Part shown: piece after piece, positions 59,918 to 64,000 of the stretch | Numbering within the stretch: the first letter of the stretch is position 1 | Layout of the letters: each line of letters begins with the position of its first letter | Assembly (NCBI GenBank): GCA_041749535.1 | Contig: JBGTBE010000042.1 | Location: 70,702 to 134,701, forward strand | DNA: 64,000 nt | DNA from: Cryomorpha sp. | GTDB taxonomy: Bacteria > Bacteroidota > Bacteroidia > Flavobacteriales_D > Cryomorphaceae | Direction of reading: 5' to 3' | Position numbers and translations under genes: made by a program | The notes under the pieces: model-generated | Told to the model about the DNA's origin: nothing | The model's database searches: none | What the model saw: only the letters and a program-made list of their open reading frames with translations

Positions 59918-61477
59918 ATGGACGCTTCAGGATTTATAGGCATTGCAATTACAGCAGCGATACTCTTTGTATTTATTCTGCTTTACTCTCTTTTCAAAAG
60001 GTACAAGCGCTGCCCTTCTGACCGTATACTCGTGGTATATGGCAAGGTGGGAAAGGGCTTAGACAGTGGTAGTCGCTCGGCCAAGTGCATTCATGGTGGA
60101 GCGGCTTTTATATGGCCCATCATACAGGATTATGCATTTCTGGATCTTACGCCTATCTCCATTGAAGTGCTGCTCACCAATGCACTTTCTCGCCAAAACA
60201 TACGGGTGGATGTACCCTCCCGCTTCACCGTTGGTATTACCACCGAGCCAGAGCCCATGATGAATGCTGCTGAACGTCTTTTGGGGCTGAACCAGCAGAG
60301 CATCCACGACCTGGCCAAGGACATCATTTTTGGACAGCTTCGCCTAGTGGTAGCCACGATGGACATTGAGGAAATCAACAACAACAGAGATAAATTCCTC
60401 ACCAACGTAGCTAGCAATGTAGAGGCGGAATTGAAGAAAATAGGGCTGAAGCTCATCAACGTGAACGTAACAGACATCAAGGATGAGAGCGGCTACATAG
60501 AAGCATTGGGCAAAGAAGCTGCTGCAAAAGCCATCAACGATGCCCGGCAGAGTGTGGCTGAAAAAACCCGGGACGGCTCTATTGGTGAAGCCAACGCAGT
60601 ACAGGACCAACGCACCCGTGTGGCAGCCCTTTTGGCACAGGCCATGATCGGTGAAGCCGATGCCAGCCGCGAAGAGCGCATCAAAACTTCCGAAGCGGAA
60701 GCCTCGGCAAAAGTAGGTGAAGCCGAAGCATTGCGCCGGGAACGTGTGGCGGTGGCCGAAGCCAATGCCCGCTCTGTGGAAGGTGAGAATACCTCCAGGA
60801 TAGATATTGCAAAATCGGACGCTTCGAGGCGGGAAGCAGAAGCCGAAGCCAACCGCCTTGCCATAGCTGCCGAAAAAGTAAAACAAGCCAAAGCCCTGGA
60901 AGAAGCCTACGCCGCCGAGCGTGCCGCTGAGCAGGCTCGTGCCTCCCGCGACAAGGCTACGCAAGAAGCCAATATTGTAATACCTGCCGAAATAGACAAG
61001 CGCAAGGTGGAGATTGACGCTGAAGCCGAAGCCGAAATGATTCGCAGACGCGCTAAGGGTGAAGCCGATGCCATCTTTATGAAAATGCAGGCCGAAGCAA
61101 ATGGGAATTATGAGATCCTGAGCAAGCAAGCCGAAGGATTTAAACAACTCGTAGCTGCAGCCGGGGCCAATACCAAGGACGCTGTAATGATTATGATTGC
61201 CGACAAGCTTACCGAGCTGGTGAAACTCCAATCAGAAGCGATACAGAACATCAAGATAGACAAGGTAACGGTGTGGGACAGCGCTGGCGGAGCTGGCAAA
61301 GATGGCAAAACCGCTACAAGTAACTTTATCTCCGGGCTCTACCAAAGCGTTCCCCCACTGCAGGATATGTTCAATATGGCCGGGATGAACCTGCCCAACT
61401 ATCTGAAGGGTGAGGAGAAGATGGATAAACCTACTAAACCTGGAAAAAAGGCAGAGGATAAGGGAGAAGGGGAGTAA
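59918..61477 (+). CDS. Flotillin / SPFH (band-7) family protein
   Basis: It has an N-terminal TM segment, an SPFH domain, and a long Ala/Glu-rich coiled-coil with EA repeats. It is 519 aa. Confidence 0.85.
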   Translation: MDASGFIGIAITAAILFVFILLYSLFKRYKRCPSDRILVVYGKVGKGLDSGSRSAKCIHGGAAFIWPIIQDYAFLDLTPISIEVLLTNALSRQNIRVDVPSRFTVGITTEPEPMMNAAERLLGLNQQSIHDLAKDIIFGQLRLVVATMDIEEINNNRDKFLTNVASNVEAELKKIGLKLINVNVTDIKDESGYIEALGKEAAAKAINDARQSVAEKTRDGSIGEANAVQDQRTRVAALLAQAMIGEADASREERIKTSEAEASAKVGEAEALRRERVAVAEANARSVEGENTSRIDIAKSDASRREAEAEANRLAIAAEKVKQAKALEEAYAAERAAEQARASRDKATQEANIVIPAEIDKRKVEIDAEAEAEMIRRRAKGEADAIFMKMQAEANGNYEILSKQAEGFKQLVAAAGANTKDAVMIMIADKLTELVKLQSEAIQNIKIDKVTVWDSAGGAGKDGKTATSNFISGLYQSVPPLQDMFNMAGMNLPNYLKGEEKMDKPTKPGKKAEDKGEGE

Positions 61478-61490
61478 TCCCCGGCTTTTT
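61469..61490 (+). terminator. Intrinsic terminator overlapping the flotillin stop codon
   Basis: GGGGA-GTAA-TCCCC is followed by GGCTTTTT. Confidence 0.55.
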
Positions 61491-61730
61491 AATGAATTTC
61501 TTTTGGAGTAGTTTTTCGATCATAAAGTAGGTGGTAATAAATTCGCAGGGCGAATGCCTGGAGGAGCGCTTCGTAGCCTTTATTGTGCGGTACCCGGAAG
61601 TCATTCGCACTGACTGAAGCTGTGTGAAATTATATACCCCACATATTTCTTTGTTCCTACTTGACACGAACGTCAATTTGAAGAAAACAAAATTCGACTA
61701 AAAATACTCAATAAATCCCAGAACAAATAA

Positions 61731-62147
61731 ATGAGGCACGCCAAAAACAAATCAGACCAAATCCTATTAAAAGCAGGAGAAGGAAGAGTCTACCAATGCG
61801 GTAAAATGACAGCAATCTTTAAAACGGACGAAAACGAAACCGACGATAAATACAGTGTGTCTGAATGGTGGCTCGAACCAAATTCGGAAGGACCGGGAGC
61901 GCACCAACACGAGGATAATGATGAAGTATTTTATGTTTTGGACGGAACAACTGCTTTTCTAATTGGTGCTAATTGGGTGGATGCAGAAAAGGGAACATTT
62001 ATTAGAATTCCAGCAAAAACTATGCACGACTTTGCAAACAAGACGGATAAGAAATCTTGTATTTTGAATTTTTTTATCCCAGGTGGTTTTGAAAGAAATA
62101 TGCCATCGATCGTAAAATGGTTTGAAGAAAATCCAGGCATTAAATAA
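61731..62147 (+). CDS. Cupin-domain protein
   Basis: It has His-containing cupin motifs (GPGAHQHEDNDEVFYVLDG and PAKTMHDFANK). Confidence 0.6.
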   Translation: MRHAKNKSDQILLKAGEGRVYQCGKMTAIFKTDENETDDKYSVSEWWLEPNSEGPGAHQHEDNDEVFYVLDGTTAFLIGANWVDAEKGTFIRIPAKTMHDFANKTDKKSCILNFFIPGGFERNMPSIVKWFEENPGIK

Positions 62148-62607
62148 TTGTATGAAAGATTATCACACCACGCTTAAATTAAATACGACAGTAAATAAAT
62201 TGTTCCAAGGTTTAACGAGAGAATTACCGTTTTGGTGGACAGATATGTTTGAAGGTTCGGCAATGAATAAGGATGACATTTTTACTGTTCGCTTTGGAGA
62301 CAATGTGTATAAAACAATGAAAATAGAAGGGTTAATTTACAACGAAAAAGTTGTTTGGCATGTGGAAAATTCTTTGATTGGTATTCCCGAATTAAAAAAC
62401 CAAACTGAATGGATTGGAACTACTATAATTTGGGAATTAACAGAAAGTGGCAGCAATGTTGTACTTCAACTTACGCACATAGGTTTAAATCCAGAGATAG
62501 AATGTTACGACATTTGCTCACGCGGTTGGCAACAGTTTACCGACAGTTTAAAATCATATATAGAGACCGGTAAAGGCAAACCATTCTCTATAAAATCAGG
62601 TGCATAA
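62122..62607 (+). CDS. SRPBCC/AHSA1-like protein. The true start is possibly the MKDYHTTLKL at 62152.
   Basis: Its size and beta-grip pattern fit this family. The annotated start overlaps the cupin gene. Confidence 0.55.
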   Translation: MKKIQALNNCMKDYHTTLKLNTTVNKLFQGLTRELPFWWTDMFEGSAMNKDDIFTVRFGDNVYKTMKIEGLIYNEKVVWHVENSLIGIPELKNQTEWIGTTIIWELTESGSNVVLQLTHIGLNPEIECYDICSRGWQQFTDSLKSYIETGKGKPFSIKSGA

Positions 62608-62970
62608 ACAGGATAAAACCACTTCCACTGTCGGCAGACTCCGTTGCATATCTATATAATAATCAAATACTTTAAGCCCTTTAGATGATTCGTTGACCAA
62701 TTTTAACTACTTGTGCATCCGCACACTTTTGCCACCATAGATTTCCGCAAGCCCTGGTATTTATTGAAAAAGATTTCAAAACAATAAGATGGCTGTATTC
62801 TGGCCTATAAGAAGGGTTTGTGTTCCGGGTACTCCAAAGTTAAATTGCAGTTTACCCAGGGAATTTTGCACTGCCGTAATCCGCAAAGAATTATTCGGTT
62901 AGATTTGGGTGTGACAAAGATTTTTTGAGAAGGCATCCCGATGTATTTGAACTTCCTAAGAAACTAAATT

Positions 62971-63912
62971 ATGAACTATTATTTAGTCGGTATATGCATC
63001 GGTTTGTTGGCCTTCAATATATCATTCTCCCAATCCATCACAGTTGAGCAAAAGGCTTTTCTGAAAGAAAACTCAACGACGCTTTGTCTTGACAGTTTGC
63101 AAGATCAGGCAGACTGGAATTCGCTTTTGCCACATGTGAAAGACAAACGGTTCATCCTTCTGGGAGAGTTAAACCACGGCTCAAAAGAAATATTTGAATT
63201 GCGCAATTCACTGATCAGGTTTTTACATGAGAATTTGGGGATTAACGTGATACTATTTGAATCAGGAATCGGGGAACTGGTTACTGCAGATATGAAGATG
63301 GATTCAATGCCACCATCTCAAATGATAAGAGGATTAACTGGGGTATGGCAAACCGAGGAATTTATCCATTTAATGGACTATGTGAAATCGCAGAATATTT
63401 CAATCTCGGGGTTTGATGTACAAAGAACAGGTAGGTCATTTAGCGATATACTCAACCGTCTGGTAAAACAGTATGAACTTGATACAACAAGATGCAATAA
63501 CCTTGAATTTCGGTATGGCATTGCCGCAAAAGAATTGGCCAAAAGAAACGCCGTCTATGACTCTTTGAAAACCAACATTACCCAATTGATCGGCGACTAT
63601 GCCCAAACAAAAAATGAACTCGCTGCACCATTGAACAAGGACAATTCAAGGGAACTTCAATTTGCTACAGTTGTGCTTGAAAATAGACTGACCTATTTGA
63701 CATACATGCTTCAATTTCTCCAAGACAAAGATTGGAGTAAAAGATGGGCAGCACGTGACTCGGCAATGGCAAGCAACGTGCAGTGGTTGGTAGAAAATGT
63801 ATACGGAAATCAGCCAATGATCATCGTTGGACATAATTATCATATCGGAAAGTACAATGAGAATCACACCTGTCCAAGACGTTTAATTCTTAAAATCAAT
63901 ATTCCCGTTTGA
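62971..63912 (+). CDS. Erythromycin-esterase-family protein, apparently C-terminally short
   Basis: LLGELNHGSKEIFELRNSLIRFLHENLGINVILFESG matches the Ere N-terminal block (LGEATHGTHEF...). HNYHIG lies near the end, and the ORF stops at 313 aa, whereas Ere proteins are about 400 aa. Confidence 0.55.
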   Translation: MNYYLVGICIGLLAFNISFSQSITVEQKAFLKENSTTLCLDSLQDQADWNSLLPHVKDKRFILLGELNHGSKEIFELRNSLIRFLHENLGINVILFESGIGELVTADMKMDSMPPSQMIRGLTGVWQTEEFIHLMDYVKSQNISISGFDVQRTGRSFSDILNRLVKQYELDTTRCNNLEFRYGIAAKELAKRNAVYDSLKTNITQLIGDYAQTKNELAAPLNKDNSRELQFATVVLENRLTYLTYMLQFLQDKDWSKRWAARDSAMASNVQWLVENVYGNQPMIIVGHNYHIGKYNENHTCPRRLILKINIPV

Positions 63913-64000
63913 CGCGGGTTTCCGCTCCAAAATACAGCCTTTTTAAAAATAATCCCCCTTCCTTTAAAAGAGGACTGTTTGAGTTGAAAGATTTTTGATC

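Noticed and set aside
60344-61231. Minus-strand ORF of 295 aa, and ORF 60493..60891
   Set aside because: They are antisense to the flotillin Ala/Glu-rich coiled-coil, and are a GC-skewed low-complexity artefact.
1-64000. CRISPR arrays, prophage or mobile elements, toxin-antitoxin or restriction-modification systems
   Set aside because: I saw no spaced direct repeats and no integrase, transposase, capsid, Cas or restriction-modification motif genes.

Overview
This window reads as a core chromosomal segment of a Bacteroidota genome. The signs are the absence of Shine-Dalgarno signals, TAnnTTTG-like -7 promoter motifs, the rpsP-rimM arrangement, a fused ccoNO gene, and many lipobox lipoproteins. 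It is densely coding, with about 60 genes. Recognisable content includes rpsP-rimM, a complete cbb3 oxidase assembly locus (ccoI-ccoS-ccoNO-ccoQ-ccoP-ccoG-ccoH plus a DsbD_2 membrane protein) with an adjacent Fnr-type regulator and candidate FNR box, and a CopA copper ATPase. Housekeeping genes include glyA, fahA, a RelA/SpoT synthetase-hydrolase, fur, purA and nth. There are envelope genes (LptD-like, OstA-like, MlaD, an amidase), an M1 aminopeptidase, and an NfeD/flotillin pair. One tRNA-His lies on the minus strand. I found no integrase, transposase, CRISPR array or recognisable defence system. The best candidates for something undescribed are two operons. The first is a four-gene operon of exported proteins and lipoproteins at 6836-11232: a DUF4476 protein, a TPR plus CsgG/LpoB-like lipoprotein, an LPP20 plus CsgG-like lipoprotein, and an LPP20 lipoprotein. 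It resembles the FlgO/FlgP outer-membrane ring module of flagellated bacteria but sits in a non-flagellar context. The second is a TetR-controlled ABC/HlyD/TolC export operon at 11778-17031 whose only ABC ATPase has a degenerate signature motif, Walker B catalytic residue and H-loop. Smaller curiosities are a duplicated bidirectional-terminator repeat module next to tRNA-His, a small Cys-rich protein upstream of a P2-type ATPase, a stand-alone GIY-YIG protein, and a probable frameshifted small gene. All calls rest on reading motifs by eye, and none was checked against a database.
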